From sequence record NC_019503.1: a DNA stretch of 64,000 bases; one strand, given 5' to 3'. This document shows positions 43,024 through 54,479 of this stretch, in pieces. A program made the position numbers and the translations under genes. The notes below the pieces were generated by a model. The model had not been told where the DNA came from. It worked only from the letters and a program-made list of their open reading frames with translations, and ran no database searches. Numbering within the stretch: position 1 is the stretch's first letter; every line of letters begins with the position of its first letter. The DNA comes from Escherichia phage ime09.

Positions 43024-43940
43024 TCAAAATTCATTAATGCTATTAGTTAATTTAGAAAGACCCGCTTTTACAAAATATGAATAAATTTTGCCACGCGGTG
43101 GTAATTTATATGAATTATAGTAATTCACAATGTTTGAAGCAATATTATCAGGAATATAATCAAAATCAATTAGAACTAAATTTTCTTTATATCGATTATA
43201 TTCAGATTCAGTGAGAAGCACCTTAGCTTGCTCACGGTCATTAGCAATAGCTTCAACAATAGATGTTTTCATTGAAGGAGTTCGTTCACCTTCAACTCTA
43301 GTAAACCAAAAGTCAGACCGTACTTTAACTGAAGCAACGTTATCCTTTTTGTCACCTTTAAGGATTTTAGTCATACAGTCAATTTCAGCAGAACCGCTTT
43401 TAATTTTAACCCATTTCTTGTGCATCGGTGACCATTGCTTAACATTTGGGTATTTGTGAAGTTGAGTAAAGTCACCATCAGATGAAATGATTAAAATCTT
43501 ATGTCCTTCTAAAGAGAACTTTTTAACAAGAACAGCAATATGGTCATCTGCTTCATACTTATCAATATCCATAACAATGTATGGCATATAAGCTTTCAAT
43601 TCATCTATGACTTTATGACTGGATTCAAAATAACCTTCCCAGTCCCAAGTAGATTCTTCTCGTGCTTTTCCACGGTTTTTCTTATAATAATAAGCGAAAT
43701 CACGACGCCAGTATCCAGATTTCGCATTATCAATACACAGTACAATTTTAGTGTATCCAAGAGCTTTTGCTTTTTTGACATTAAACTTAATTGAGTTCAA
43801 TATCAAATGACGAACCATTGATAAATTAATTTTTCTTTATCTGGAAAGTTTACCAAAGCAGTTGAAAGAGCAATTTGACTAAAGTCAATTAAGCAGATTC
43901 CTTCTTTGTAATCTTCATCCAGCATCATTTCTAAATCCAT
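43024..43940 (-). pseudogene. rnh: RNase H / 5'-3' flap exonuclease gene with an apparent 1-nt frameshift in an A5 tract
   Basis: Intact 264-codon segment 43024..43818 (MVRHL...) plus an upstream out-of-frame ORF from the ATG at 43940 (MDLEMMLDEDYKEGICLIDFSQIALSTALVNFPDKEK), which has its own SD and early promoter; frames differ by one nucleotide at the T5 run 43830-43834 (plus strand). Confidence 0.7.
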
Positions 43941-43969
43941 ATGAACCTCGTTCAATTAGTGAGATTTCT

Positions 43970-44000
43970 ATTATATACCATCCGAATCTTAAAGTAAACA
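43970..44000 (-). promoter_or_regulatory. Early promoter for rnh (GTTTAC -35, TATATAAT -10)
   Basis: Minus-strand GTTTAC at 43994-43999 and TATATAAT about 16 nt downstream; divergent from the gene 34 late promoter. Confidence 0.55.
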
Positions 44001-44002
44001 AG

Positions 44003-44010
44003 TATAAATA
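44003..44010 (+). promoter_or_regulatory. Late promoter TATAAATA for gene 34
   Basis: Exact TATAAATA about 35 nt upstream of the gene 34 ATG. Confidence 0.6.
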
Positions 44011-44044
44011 CTTATTATTGAAAACACAATAGGAGCCCGGGAGA

Positions 44045-47000
44045 ATGGCCGAGATTAAAAGAAAGTTCAGAGCAGAAGATGGTCTGGACGCAGGTGGCGA
44101 TAAAATAATCAACGTAGCTTTAGCTGATCGTGCCGTAGGAACTGACGGTGTTAACGTTGATTACCTAATTCAAGAAAACACAGTTCAACAATACGATCCA
44201 ACTCGTGGATATTTAAAAGATTTTGTAATCATTTATGATAACCGCTTTTGGGCTGCTATAAATGATATTCCAAAACCGGCAGGAGCTTTTAATAGCGGAC
44301 GCTGGAGAGCATTACGTACCGATGCTAACTGGATTACAGTCTCATCTGGTTCATATCAATTAAAATCTGGTGAAGCTATTTCGGTTAACACTGCAGCTGG
44401 TAATGATATTACATTTACTTTACCATCTACTCCAATTGACGGTGATACTATCGTTCTCCAAGACATTGGAGGAAAACCTGGAGTTAACCAAGTTTTAATT
44501 GTAGCTCCAGTGCAAAGTATTGTAAACTTCAGAGGCGAGCAAGTACGTTCAGTACTAATGACTCATCCAAAGTCACAGTTAGTTTTAATTTTTAGTAATC
44601 GTCTGTGGCAAATGTATGTAGCTGATTATAGTAGAGAAGCTGTAGTTGTAACACCAGCGAATACTTATCAAGCACAATCCAACGATTTTATCGTACGTAG
44701 ATTTACTTCTGCTGCACCGATAAATATTAAACTTCCGAGATTTGCTAATCACGGCGATATTATTAATTTCGTCGATTTGGATAAATTAAACCCTCTTTAT
44801 CATACAATTGTTACTACATATGATGAAACGACATCAGTGCAAGAAGATGGAACTCATTCCATTGAAGGCCGTACATCGATTGACGGTTTCTTGATGTATG
44901 ATGATAATGAGAAATTATGGAGATTATTTGACGGGGACAGTAAAGCACGTTTACGTATCATAACAACTAATTCAAACATTCGTCCAAATGAAGAAGTTAT
45001 GGTATTTGGTGCGAATAACGGAACAACTCAAACGATTGAGCTTCAGCTTCCAACTAATATTTCTGTTGGTGATACTGTTAAAATTTCCATGAATTACATG
45101 AGAAAAGGACAAACAGTTAAAATCAAAGCTGCCGGTGAAGATAAAATTGCTTCTTCAGTTCAATTGCTGCAATTCCCAAAACGTTCAGAGTATCCACCTG
45201 AAGCTGAATGGGTGACTGTTCAAGAATTAGTTTTTAACGGTGAAACTAATTATGTTCCAGTTTTACAACTTGCTTATATAGAAGATTCTGACGGAAAATA
45301 CTGGGTTGTACAACAAAACGTTCCAACCGTAGAAAGAGTTGATTCTTTAAACGATTCTACTAGAGCAAGATTAGGCGTAATTGCTTTAGCTACACAAGCG
45401 CAAGCTAATGTCGATTTAGAAAATTCTCCACAAAAAGAATTAGCAATTACTCCAGAAACATTAGCTAACCGTACTGCTACAGAAACTCGTAGAGGTATCG
45501 CAAGAATAGCAACCACTGCTCAAGTGAATCAGAACACCACATTCTCTTTTGCTGATGATATTATCATTACACCTAAAAAGCTGAATGAAAGAACTGCTAC
45601 AGAAACTCGTAGAGGTGTTGCTGAAATTGCTACGCAACAGGAAACTAATGCAGGTACTGATGATACTACAATCATCACTCCTAAAAAGCTTCAAGCTCGA
45701 CAAGGTTCTGAATCATTATCTGGTATTGTAACCTTTGTATCTACTGCAGGAGCTACTCCAGCTTCTAGTCGTGAATTAAATGGTACAAACGTTTATAATA
45801 AAAACACTAATAATTTAGTTGTTTCGCCTAAAGCTCTGGATCAGTATAAAGCTACTCCAACACAACAAGGTGCAGTAATTTTAGCAGTTGAAAGTGAAGT
45901 AATTGCTGGACAGAGCCAAGAAGGATGGGCAAATGCGGTTGTAACGCCAGAAACGTTACATAAAAAGACATCAACTGATGGAAGAATTGGTTTAATTGAA
46001 ATTGCTACGCAAAGTGAAGTTAATACAGGAACTGATTATACTCGTGCAGTCACTCCTAAAACTTTAAATGACCGTAAAGCAACTGAAAGTTTAAGTGGTA
46101 TAGCTGAAATTGCTACACAAGTTGAATTCGACGCAGGCGTCGACGATACTCGTATCTCTACACCATTAAAAATTAAAACTAGATTTGATAGTACTGATCG
46201 TACTTCTGTTGTTGCTCTATCTGGATTAGTTGAATCAGGAACTCTCTGGGACCATTATACCCTTAATATTCTTGAAGCAAATGAGACACAGCGTGGTACA
46301 CTTCGTGTAGCTACACAGGTTGAAGCTGCTGCAGGAACATTAGATAATGTTTTAATAACTCCTAAAAAGCTTTTAGGTACTAAATCTACTGAAGCACAGG
46401 AAGGCGTTATTAAAGTTGCAACTCAGTCTGAAACTGTGACTGGAACGTCAGCAAATACTGCTGTATCTCCAAAAAATTTAAAATGGATTGTGCAGAGTGA
46501 ACCTACTTGGGCAGCTACTACTGCGATAAGAGGCTTTGTTAAAACTTCATCCGGTTCAATTACATTCGTTGGTAATGATACAGTTGGTTCAACACAGTCG
46601 TTAGAATTATACGAGAAAAATAGCTATGCAGTATCACCATATGAATTAAACCGTGTATTAGCAAATTATTTGCCATTAAAAGCAAAAGCTGCTGATACAA
46701 ATTTATTGGATGGTCTAGATTCATCTCAGTTCATTCGTAGGGATATTGCACAGACAGTTAATGGTTCACTAACCTTAACCCAACAAACGAATCTGAGTGC
46801 CCCTCTTGTATCATCTAGTACTGCTACGTTTGGTGGATCAGTTTCGGCAAACAGCACATTAACTATTTCTAATACTGGAACGGCAACTCGTCTGATTTTT
46901 GAGAAAGGACCTCAAACTGGAACTAACCCAGTACAGACGATGACTATCAGAGTTTGGGGAAATCAGTACGGTGGCGGTTCAGATACAACACGTTCTACTG

Positions 47001-47914
47001 TATTTGAAGTTGGTGATGAAACGTCTAATCACTTTTATTCTCAACGTAATAAAGCTGGGAATATAACGTTTAGTATCAATGGTACTGTAATGCCAATAAA
47101 TGTTAATGCTTCGGGTTCTTTGAATGCGAACGGCGTTGCAACATTTGGTAGTTCAGTTACTGCTAATGGTGAATTCATCAGCAAGTCTGCAAATGCTTTC
47201 AGAGCAATAAATGGCGACTATGGATTCTTTATTCGCAATGATGCTGCTAACACCTATTTTATGCTTACTGCATCGGGTGATCAGACTGGCGGATTTAATG
47301 GATTACGTCCTTTAGCTATTAATAATGCATCCGGTCAAGTAACGATTGGTGAAAGCTTAATCATTGCCAAAGGTGCTACTATAAATTCAGGTGGTTTAAC
47401 TGTTAACTCGAGAATTCGTTCTCAGGGTACTAAAACATCTGACTTATATACCCGTGCGCCGACATCTGATACTGTAGGATTCTGGTCAATTGACATTAAT
47501 GATTCAGCCACTTATAATCAGTTCCCAGGTTATTTTAAAATGGTTGAAAAAACTAATGAAGTGACTGGACTTCCATACTTAGAACGTGGCGAAGAAGTTA
47601 AATCTCCTGGTACATTGACTCAGTTTGGTAATACACTTGATTCGCTTTACCAAGATTGGATTACTTATCCAACGACTCCAGAAGCACGTACCACTCGCTG
47701 GACCCGTACATGGCAGAAAACCAAAAACTCTTGGTCGAGTTTTGTTCAGGTATTTGATGGAGGTAACCCTCCTCAGCCGTCTGATATCGGTGCTTTACCA
47801 TCTGATAATGCTACAATGGGGAATCTTACTATTCGTGATTTCTTACGAATTGGCAATGTTCGCATTATTCCTGACCCAGTGAATAAATCTGTTAAATTTG
47901 AATGGATTGAATAA
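44045..47914 (+). CDS. 34: Long tail fibre proximal subunit gp34
   Basis: 1289 aa as in T4; internal ~40-aa repeats (ATETRRG..IATQ...ITPKKL). Confidence 0.9.
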   Translation: MAEIKRKFRAEDGLDAGGDKIINVALADRAVGTDGVNVDYLIQENTVQQYDPTRGYLKDFVIIYDNRFWAAINDIPKPAGAFNSGRWRALRTDANWITVSSGSYQLKSGEAISVNTAAGNDITFTLPSTPIDGDTIVLQDIGGKPGVNQVLIVAPVQSIVNFRGEQVRSVLMTHPKSQLVLIFSNRLWQMYVADYSREAVVVTPANTYQAQSNDFIVRRFTSAAPINIKLPRFANHGDIINFVDLDKLNPLYHTIVTTYDETTSVQEDGTHSIEGRTSIDGFLMYDDNEKLWRLFDGDSKARLRIITTNSNIRPNEEVMVFGANNGTTQTIELQLPTNISVGDTVKISMNYMRKGQTVKIKAAGEDKIASSVQLLQFPKRSEYPPEAEWVTVQELVFNGETNYVPVLQLAYIEDSDGKYWVVQQNVPTVERVDSLNDSTRARLGVIALATQAQANVDLENSPQKELAITPETLANRTATETRRGIARIATTAQVNQNTTFSFADDIIITPKKLNERTATETRRGVAEIATQQETNAGTDDTTIITPKKLQARQGSESLSGIVTFVSTAGATPASSRELNGTNVYNKNTNNLVVSPKALDQYKATPTQQGAVILAVESEVIAGQSQEGWANAVVTPETLHKKTSTDGRIGLIEIATQSEVNTGTDYTRAVTPKTLNDRKATESLSGIAEIATQVEFDAGVDDTRISTPLKIKTRFDSTDRTSVVALSGLVESGTLWDHYTLNILEANETQRGTLRVATQVEAAAGTLDNVLITPKKLLGTKSTEAQEGVIKVATQSETVTGTSANTAVSPKNLKWIVQSEPTWAATTAIRGFVKTSSGSITFVGNDTVGSTQSLELYEKNSYAVSPYELNRVLANYLPLKAKAADTNLLDGLDSSQFIRRDIAQTVNGSLTLTQQTNLSAPLVSSSTATFGGSVSANSTLTISNTGTATRLIFEKGPQTGTNPVQTMTIRVWGNQYGGGSDTTRSTVFEVGDETSNHFYSQRNKAGNITFSINGTVMPINVNASGSLNANGVATFGSSVTANGEFISKSANAFRAINGDYGFFIRNDAANTYFMLTASGDQTGGFNGLRPLAINNASGQVTIGESLIIAKGATINSGGLTVNSRIRSQGTKTSDLYTRAPTSDTVGFWSIDINDSATYNQFPGYFKMVEKTNEVTGLPYLERGEEVKSPGTLTQFGNTLDSLYQDWITYPTTPEARTTRWTRTWQKTKNSWSSFVQVFDGGNPPQPSDIGALPSDNATMGNLTIRDFLRIGNVRIIPDPVNKSVKFEWIE

Positions 47915-47922
47915 GAGGTATT

Positions 47923-49038
47923 ATGGAAAAATTTATGGCAGAGTTTGGACAAGGATATGTCCAAACGCCATTTTTATCGGAAAGTAATTCAGTAAGATAT
48001 AAAATAAGCATAGCGGGTTCTTGCCCGCTTTCTACGGCAGGACCATACGTTAAATTTCAAGATAATCCTGTTGGAAGTCAAACATTTAGCGCAGGTCTTC
48101 ATCTAAGAGTTTTTGACCCTTCCACCGGAGCATTAGTTGATAGCAAGTCATATGCTTTTTCGACTTCAAATGATACTGCGTCAGCTGCTTTTGTTAGTTT
48201 CATGAATTCTTTGACGAATAACAGACTTGTTGCTATATTAACTAGTGGAAAGGTTAATTTTCCTCCTGAAGTAGTATCTTGGTTAAGAGCTGCAGGAACG
48301 TCTGCTTTTCCATCTGATTCTATATTGTCAAGATTTGACGTATCATATGCTGCTTTTTACACTTCTTCTAAAAGAGCTATTGCATTAGAGCATGTTAAAC
48401 TGAGCAACAGAAAAAGCACAGATGACTATCAAACTATTTTAGATGTGGTGTTTGACAGTTTAGAAGACGTCGGAGCTACCGGGTTTCCAAAAAGAACGTA
48501 TGAAAGCGTTGAGCAATTTATGTCAGCAGTCGGTGGAACTAATAACGAAATTGCACGTCTACCAACTTCAGCTGCCATAAGTAAATTATCTGACTATAAT
48601 TTAATTCCTGGCGATGTTCTTTATCTTAAAGCACAGTTATATGCTGATGCCGATTTACTTGCGCTTGGAACTACAAATATATCTATCCGTTTTTATAACG
48701 CATCGAATGGATATATTTCTTCAACACAAGCTGAGTTTACCGGGCAAGCTGGGTCTTGGGAATTAAAAGAAGATTATGTAGTTGTTCCAGAAAACGCTGT
48801 GGGATTTACGATATACGCACAAAGAACAGCACAAGCTGGCCAAGGTGGCATGAGAAATTTAAGCTTTTCTGAAGTGTCAAGAAATGGAGGTATTTCTAAA
48901 CCTGCTGAATTTGGCGTCAATGGTATTCGAGTTAATTATGTCTGTGAATCTGCTTCACCTCCGGATATAATGGTACTTCCTACGCAAGCATCGTCTAAAA
49001 CTGGTAAAGTGTTTGGGCAAGAATTTAGAGAAGTATAA
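47923..49038 (+). CDS. 35: Long tail fibre hinge protein gp35
   Basis: 371 aa; synteny. Confidence 0.85.
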   Translation: MEKFMAEFGQGYVQTPFLSESNSVRYKISIAGSCPLSTAGPYVKFQDNPVGSQTFSAGLHLRVFDPSTGALVDSKSYAFSTSNDTASAAFVSFMNSLTNNRLVAILTSGKVNFPPEVVSWLRAAGTSAFPSDSILSRFDVSYAAFYTSSKRAIALEHVKLSNRKSTDDYQTILDVVFDSLEDVGATGFPKRTYESVEQFMSAVGGTNNEIARLPTSAAISKLSDYNLIPGDVLYLKAQLYADADLLALGTTNISIRFYNASNGYISSTQAEFTGQAGSWELKEDYVVVPENAVGFTIYAQRTAQAGQGGMRNLSFSEVSRNGGISKPAEFGVNGIRVNYVCESASPPDIMVLPTQASSKTGKVFGQEFREV

Positions 49039-49041
49039 ATT

Positions 49042-49070
49042 GAGGGAGCCTTCGGGTTCCCTTTTTCTTT
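49042..49070 (+). terminator. Stem-loop terminator after gene 35
   Basis: gggagcc-ttcg-ggttccc followed by tttttcttt. Confidence 0.6.
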
Positions 49071-49077
49071 ATAAATA
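49070..49077 (+). promoter_or_regulatory. Late promoter TATAAATA for gene 36
   Basis: Exact TATAAATA 24 nt upstream of the gene 36 ATG. Confidence 0.6.
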
Positions 49078-49100
49078 CTATTAAAATAAAGGGGCATACA

Positions 49101-49766
49101 ATGGCTGATTTAAAAGTAGGTTCAACAACTGGAGGCTCTGTCATTTGGCATCAAGGAAATTTTCCATTGAATCCAGCCGGTGACGATGTACTCTATAAAT
49201 CATTTAAAATATATTCAGAATATAATAAACCACAAGCTGTTGATAACGATTTCGTTTCTAAAGCTAATGGTGGTACTTTTGCGTCAAAGGTAACATTTAA
49301 TGCTGGTGTTCAAGTACCATATGCTGTAAACAATACAAACCCGTGCGGTATTTATCCAGGTAATGGCGATGCAGCTACTTTTGCTACAGCAAATATTGAT
49401 ATTGTTTCGTGGTATGGTATTGGTTTTAAATCATCACAGGGTTCAGCAGCCCGAACTGTTGTAATTAATACGCGTAATGGTGATATTAGTACAAAAGGTG
49501 TTGTGTCGGCAGCTGGTCAAGTAAGAAGTGATGCGACTGCTCCTATAGCAGCGAATGACCTTACTAGAAAGGACTATGTTGATGGAGCAATAAATACTGT
49601 TACAGCAAATGCGAACTCTAGAGTGTTACGATCTGGTGACACTATGACTGGTAATTTAACCGCACCAAACTTTTTCTCGCAGAATCCTGCGTCTCAACCT
49701 TCACACGTTCCGCGATTTGACCAAATCGTAATTAAGGATTCTGTTCAAGATTTCGGCTATTATTAA
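49101..49766 (+). CDS. 36: Long tail fibre distal-half connector gp36
   Basis: 221 aa as in T4. Confidence 0.85.
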   Translation: MADLKVGSTTGGSVIWHQGNFPLNPAGDDVLYKSFKIYSEYNKPQAVDNDFVSKANGGTFASKVTFNAGVQVPYAVNNTNPCGIYPGNGDAATFATANIDIVSWYGIGFKSSQGSAARTVVINTRNGDISTKGVVSAAGQVRSDATAPIAANDLTRKDYVDGAINTVTANANSRVLRSGDTMTGNLTAPNFFSQNPASQPSHVPRFDQIVIKDSVQDFGYY

Positions 49767-49774
49767 GAGGACTT

Positions 49775-52700
49775 ATGGCTACTTTAAAACAAATACAATT
49801 TAAAAGAAGCAAAACCGCAGGTGCACGTCCTGCTGCTTCAGTATTAGCCGAAGGTGAATTGGCTATAAACTTAAAAGATAGAACAATTTTTACTAAAGAT
49901 GATTCGGGAAATATCATTGATCTAGGTATTGCTAAAGGCGGTCAAATTGATGGAAATGTGACTATCAATGGTCTTTTAAGATTAAATGGGGATTATACAC
50001 AAACTGGTGGAATGACCGTAAATGGACCTATTGGTTCTACTGAAGGCGTATCCGCCTTAGTTTTTAGATCTATGCGAGGGTCATTTTACGCAAGAGCAAC
50101 AAATGATACTTCCAATGCCCATCTTTGGTTTGAAAATACAGATGGATCGGAGAGAGGTGTTTTATATTCAAAACCACAGTCTGAAAATGAAGGCGTAATC
50201 ACAATGCGTGTTCGTCAAGGAACCGCAGCAGGGGCTCAAAATTCAGAATTTCATTTCATTTCTACTGATGGTGGTATTTTCCAGGCACGCAAGTTAACTG
50301 CTTTAACTTCTATTAGTACACCAACTATTAGTGTTAATTTAATTAATCATGATTCTAAAGCCTTTGGACAATACGATTCACAATCATTGGTTCAGTATGT
50401 TTATCCTGGAACCGGTGAAACTAACGGAGTAAACTATCTTCGTAAAGTTCGTGCTAAATCTGGCGGCACTATGTGGCATGAAATCTGTACAGCTCAGACT
50501 GGACAAGCTGATGAAATGTCATGGTGGACTGGTAATACTCCTCAATCTAAACAATATGGTATTCGTAATGATGGCCGAATAGCTGGCCGTAATAGCCTTG
50601 CATTAGGTACATTCACTACGGGTTTCCCGTCTAGTGATTATGGAAATACTGGGGTAATGGGTGATAAGTATCTTGTTCTCGGTGACACTGTAACTGGTCT
50701 GAAATATATTAAACAAGGTGTTTATGATTTAGTTGGTGGAGGTTATTCCGTTGCATCTATTACGCCTGATAGTTTCCGTAGTACTCGTAAAGGTATATTT
50801 GGTCGCTCAGAAGATCAAGGTACAACATGGACTATGCCTGGAACGAATGTTGCATTTTTATCAGTTCAAACACAGGCTGATGAAAACGCTGCTGGAGACG
50901 GCCAGACACATATTGGCTATAACTCAGGCGGAAAAATGAACCACTATTTCCGTGGTAAAGGCAAAACTAATATTAATACTCAAGAAGGCATGGAAGTTAA
51001 CCCGGGTATTCTTAAAATAGTAACCGGTGCAAATAATGTAATGTTTTATGCTGATGGCGGTATTACATCCACTAAGCAGCTTTCAATATATAATGGTGTA
51101 TATTTAGCAGCTAATAATTCTACTGCTGGGCTAACATTCGCTCCAACTACTACAATTGACGGCACTAAGCAAATTTTGTGGGAAGGTGGTAAGCGTGCTG
51201 GACAGAATAAAAGCTATGTAACTGTTAAAGCGTGGGGTAATTCATTTAACGCATCTGGCGATCGTAATCGTGAAACGGTTTTTGAAGTAGCTGACGGACA
51301 AGGTTATTATTTTTATGCGCAGCGTGTAGCTCCTGCATCAGGTTCAACAACTGGAGTAATTCAATTTAGAATTGCTGGAGCATTATTAACCGGTGGGGGT
51401 ATTACATCATCAGGTTCTATTGTTACTGAGTCAAGTTTAGTTGCAAATAATGGATTGTCTGTAAATGGACAAGCTAAATTTGGTGGAACAGCAGATGCAT
51501 TAAGAATTTGGAATGCTGAATACGGTGCTATTTTCCGCCGTTCGGAAACTAACTTTTATATTATTCCAACTTTACAAAATGCCGGAGAATCGGGCGGTAT
51601 AAGTAATTTACGCCCATTTACCATCAATCTCGCAAATGGTAGTGTTATGATGGGCAATCATACACAAGCCGGAAAAAATTTGCTTACTATTGATAACGTA
51701 TCAAAATTCGTTCAAACCGATGTTAGACTTCGAGTTAATATGGATTCTGACGCTATTGTGGTAAATGCTTCATCTCAAGCTGCATCTAACTTTATTCAAG
51801 GACGTAAGGCTGATGTTACAAAATGGTATTTAGGTATTGGCGATGGCGGAAACGTCGTTCGTATGCATAATTACACCTACTCTCACGGTATTGCATTAAA
51901 CTCTGATACTGTCGATATTACTAAGCCTCTTAAAATTAATGATATTCGAATTGGTACAGATGGTAACATCACAGGTGGTACTGGTAATTTTGCTAACTTA
52001 AATACAACGTTAAATCGTAAAACCAACGTGGGCGGTTGGGCTGGTAGTTCTGTTGACGGATGGTATAAATTTGCTACGGTAACAATTCCTCAGGGTACTG
52101 GTACAGTGACTTTTAAGATTTCCGGCGGCGCTGGTTTTAATTTTAAAAGCTATAGCCAAGCTTCTGTTGCAGAAATAGTTCTTCGCACGGGTAATAATAA
52201 TCCTAAAGGCATAAATGCTGTACTGTGGAATAGGTCAGACCTGAGTTTTAATCAGATAGCTACTATGAATACATCTGGCGATACTTATGATGTATACGTG
52301 TTCTGTGCCGGTTATACAAATGCATTAGTGGTTGAATATTCCTGTAGTGAAAACTCTTCGGTAACCGTAGTCGGTCTTAACGGAGGCATTCAGCCAGTTG
52401 TTGATGCATTGCCTGAGGGACATGTTGTAGGTAAAACAGTTCGTCTGTTAAATAATATTGGCGGAACTTTCGCAGCTGGAGAATCTAACATTGTTACTCG
52501 CGGTGAATACGTTACTGATAATCAAAAAGGCATGCGTATTAAATCTAACGGTAATAATATCGGTTCTAACGCAGCTTTAATTAGAAATGATGGCGGAAGT
52601 TTTTATATTTTAGCTACAGATAAAAATACGGAAGAAAAACCCGATGCAGCTAATGGTGATTGGAATGGATTAAGACCTTTCTCGATTAATATGGCTGATG

Positions 52701-53623
52701 GTCGCGTTGGTATGAACCACGGGTTAAATATTACTGGCGGTGGTCTGAACGTGGCGGGTGGCCTTAATGTTACCAGTGGTAATACTAGTTTAGGTAATAT
52801 CTCATCTCGTGTGGTTGCAGGTTGGCGTGGTGCCGCAGGTTGGGGAGATACCTCAGATGCCATGAAATCCAAAATTACCTTTATGGCAGACCATGGTGAT
52901 TTATCTAATTCAGGTAGTTATTATCCTATTGTCGGTGCATACAGTAACTATGGTTCAGCGGGTTATCGTCAAACCTTTGAGTTCGGATGGGTCGGTTCCG
53001 GCACTACAGCGGGTTGGCGCGATGGTATTATTCGTATTCGCGGAGATAATGCTAATGACCAGCAAGCAAGATGGCGCTTTACAATGGACGGTACTTTAGA
53101 TTGCCCTGGTAAAGTACTGCTACCACAAACAGGTGCCTTTGGTGTCAATACATCAAATGGTCTCGGTGGAAATAGTATAACATTTGGTGATAACGATACT
53201 GGTATTAAGCAAAATGGTGATGGATTATTAGACATATATGCGAACAGCGTACAAGTATTCCGTTTCCAAAACGGTGATTTGTACTCATACAAAAATATAA
53301 ACGCTCCAAACGTTTATATTCGTTCTGATATTCGTTTAAAATCCAACTTTAAACCTATCGAAAATGCACTTGATAAAGTTGAAAAACTTAACGGTGTCAT
53401 TTATGATAAAGCTGAATACATCGGTGGAGAGGCAATTGAAACTGAAGCGGGTATTGTGGCTCAAACGCTGCAAGACGTTTTACCAGAAGCTGTCCGTGAA
53501 ACAGAAGACAGCAAGGGTAATAAAATACTCACTGTTTCTTCTCAAGCCCAGATTGCTCTTCTAGTTGAAGCTGTGAAAACACTTTCTTCTCGTGTAAAAG
53601 AACTTGAATCTAAACTTATGTAA
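49775..53623 (+). CDS. 37: Long tail fibre distal subunit gp37, T2-type (1282 aa) with a C-terminal intramolecular-chaperone-like domain
   Basis: Longer than T4 gp37 (1026 aa); C-terminal ~110 aa (SDIRLKSNF...LESKLM) resembles a self-cleaving chaperone domain; followed by a gp38 adhesin gene. Confidence 0.85.
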   Translation: MATLKQIQFKRSKTAGARPAASVLAEGELAINLKDRTIFTKDDSGNIIDLGIAKGGQIDGNVTINGLLRLNGDYTQTGGMTVNGPIGSTEGVSALVFRSMRGSFYARATNDTSNAHLWFENTDGSERGVLYSKPQSENEGVITMRVRQGTAAGAQNSEFHFISTDGGIFQARKLTALTSISTPTISVNLINHDSKAFGQYDSQSLVQYVYPGTGETNGVNYLRKVRAKSGGTMWHEICTAQTGQADEMSWWTGNTPQSKQYGIRNDGRIAGRNSLALGTFTTGFPSSDYGNTGVMGDKYLVLGDTVTGLKYIKQGVYDLVGGGYSVASITPDSFRSTRKGIFGRSEDQGTTWTMPGTNVAFLSVQTQADENAAGDGQTHIGYNSGGKMNHYFRGKGKTNINTQEGMEVNPGILKIVTGANNVMFYADGGITSTKQLSIYNGVYLAANNSTAGLTFAPTTTIDGTKQILWEGGKRAGQNKSYVTVKAWGNSFNASGDRNRETVFEVADGQGYYFYAQRVAPASGSTTGVIQFRIAGALLTGGGITSSGSIVTESSLVANNGLSVNGQAKFGGTADALRIWNAEYGAIFRRSETNFYIIPTLQNAGESGGISNLRPFTINLANGSVMMGNHTQAGKNLLTIDNVSKFVQTDVRLRVNMDSDAIVVNASSQAASNFIQGRKADVTKWYLGIGDGGNVVRMHNYTYSHGIALNSDTVDITKPLKINDIRIGTDGNITGGTGNFANLNTTLNRKTNVGGWAGSSVDGWYKFATVTIPQGTGTVTFKISGGAGFNFKSYSQASVAEIVLRTGNNNPKGINAVLWNRSDLSFNQIATMNTSGDTYDVYVFCAGYTNALVVEYSCSENSSVTVVGLNGGIQPVVDALPEGHVVGKTVRLLNNIGGTFAAGESNIVTRGEYVTDNQKGMRIKSNGNNIGSNAALIRNDGGSFYILATDKNTEEKPDAANGDWNGLRPFSINMADGRVGMNHGLNITGGGLNVAGGLNVTSGNTSLGNISSRVVAGWRGAAGWGDTSDAMKSKITFMADHGDLSNSGSYYPIVGAYSNYGSAGYRQTFEFGWVGSGTTAGWRDGIIRIRGDNANDQQARWRFTMDGTLDCPGKVLLPQTGAFGVNTSNGLGGNSITFGDNDTGIKQNGDGLLDIYANSVQVFRFQNGDLYSYKNINAPNVYIRSDIRLKSNFKPIENALDKVEKLNGVIYDKAEYIGGEAIETEAGIVAQTLQDVLPEAVRETEDSKGNKILTVSSQAQIALLVEAVKTLSSRVKELESKLM

Positions 53624-53651
53624 AAGAGGGCTTCGGCCCTCTAAGGATTTT
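53624..53651 (+). terminator. Weak stem-loop after gene 37
   Basis: gagggc-ttcg-gccctc followed by taaggattttt. Confidence 0.4.
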
Positions 53652-53653
53652 TA

Positions 53654-54448
53654 ATGGCAATTGTAGGTGTTCCTGGCTGGATTGGTGAATCTGCCGTGAA
53701 TGAAACTGGACAACGTTGGATGGATGCTGCGATGAGAGCAGTTCGTGTTTCAGTTCCTGGTTGGATGAGCTCAATGGCCGGACAATCTAAAGAAGTATAT
53801 TACAGCATTGGTGCTAGCAATTCTTATAATAAAGACACACTAATAAATTATCTCAAATCTCAAGGTAGTACTCCTGTTGTTGTTACTATTACTGGTAACT
53901 TAGTTTCTTCATCTGCCGGGCAACCTTGCTTAGATTTTCCTAGTTCATTAACTAATGCTTATGTAACGCTTATTATAAATGGCGGTGTAACAGTATATGG
54001 TCGCGGAGGACGCGGCGCGCAAGCGGGAAACCAGGCGGGTGAAGCTGGTGGTACTGCAATTAACAATGGTATAGGTACTCGTCTACGAATCACTAACAAT
54101 GGAGCAATCGCTGGCGGCGGCGGTGGTGGTGGCGCCCAATCAACTGATAATGGATGGGGAGGTAAATATGTTTCTGGCGGTGGCGGCGGACGTCCTTTCG
54201 GAGCTGGTGGTAATAATGGAGCAAAAGCTCCGGGTGCATCAGCATCTTTAACATCTCCAGGCGCTGGCGGAAAAATGTATTCCGGCGTTGGATACTACGG
54301 TGGTGACGGTGGTAATGTTGGTGAACGAGGTAAGGATGCGGTTAGATTGAACGGCTATTCGAACTCACCTGGCGCAGCAGGTAAAGCTGTTACTGGTAAT
54401 GCTCCAACTTGGACTAAAGTTGGTACAATATATGGTTCAAGAGTATAA
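53654..54448 (+). CDS. 38: Receptor-recognising adhesin gp38 (T2-type, glycine-rich motifs)
   Basis: 264 aa; several Gly-rich blocks (GGGGGGG, GGGGG) separated by variable segments; position after 37. Confidence 0.8.
   Translation: MAIVGVPGWIGESAVNETGQRWMDAAMRAVRVSVPGWMSSMAGQSKEVYYSIGASNSYNKDTLINYLKSQGSTPVVVTITGNLVSSSAGQPCLDFPSSLTNAYVTLIINGGVTVYGRGGRGAQAGNQAGEAGGTAINNGIGTRLRITNNGAIAGGGGGGGAQSTDNGWGGKYVSGGGGGRPFGAGGNNGAKAPGASASLTSPGAGGKMYSGVGYYGGDGGNVGERGKDAVRLNGYSNSPGAAGKAVTGNAPTWTKVGTIYGSRV
54002..54344 (+). repeat. Glycine-rich motif region of gp38 (GGN/GGC-rich coding repeats)
   Basis: Runs such as ggcggcggcggtggtggtggc and ggcggtggcggcgga. Confidence 0.6.
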
Positions 54449-54479
54449 TTTTGAATAAATATCCTTAAAAGGAGGGTCT

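Noticed and set aside
54100-54200. GGC/GGT simple-sequence runs in gp38 as a possible phase-variation or programmed-slippage tract
   Set aside because: The repeats are in-frame triplets encoding the poly-Gly motifs typical of this adhesin family; nothing suggests frame switching.
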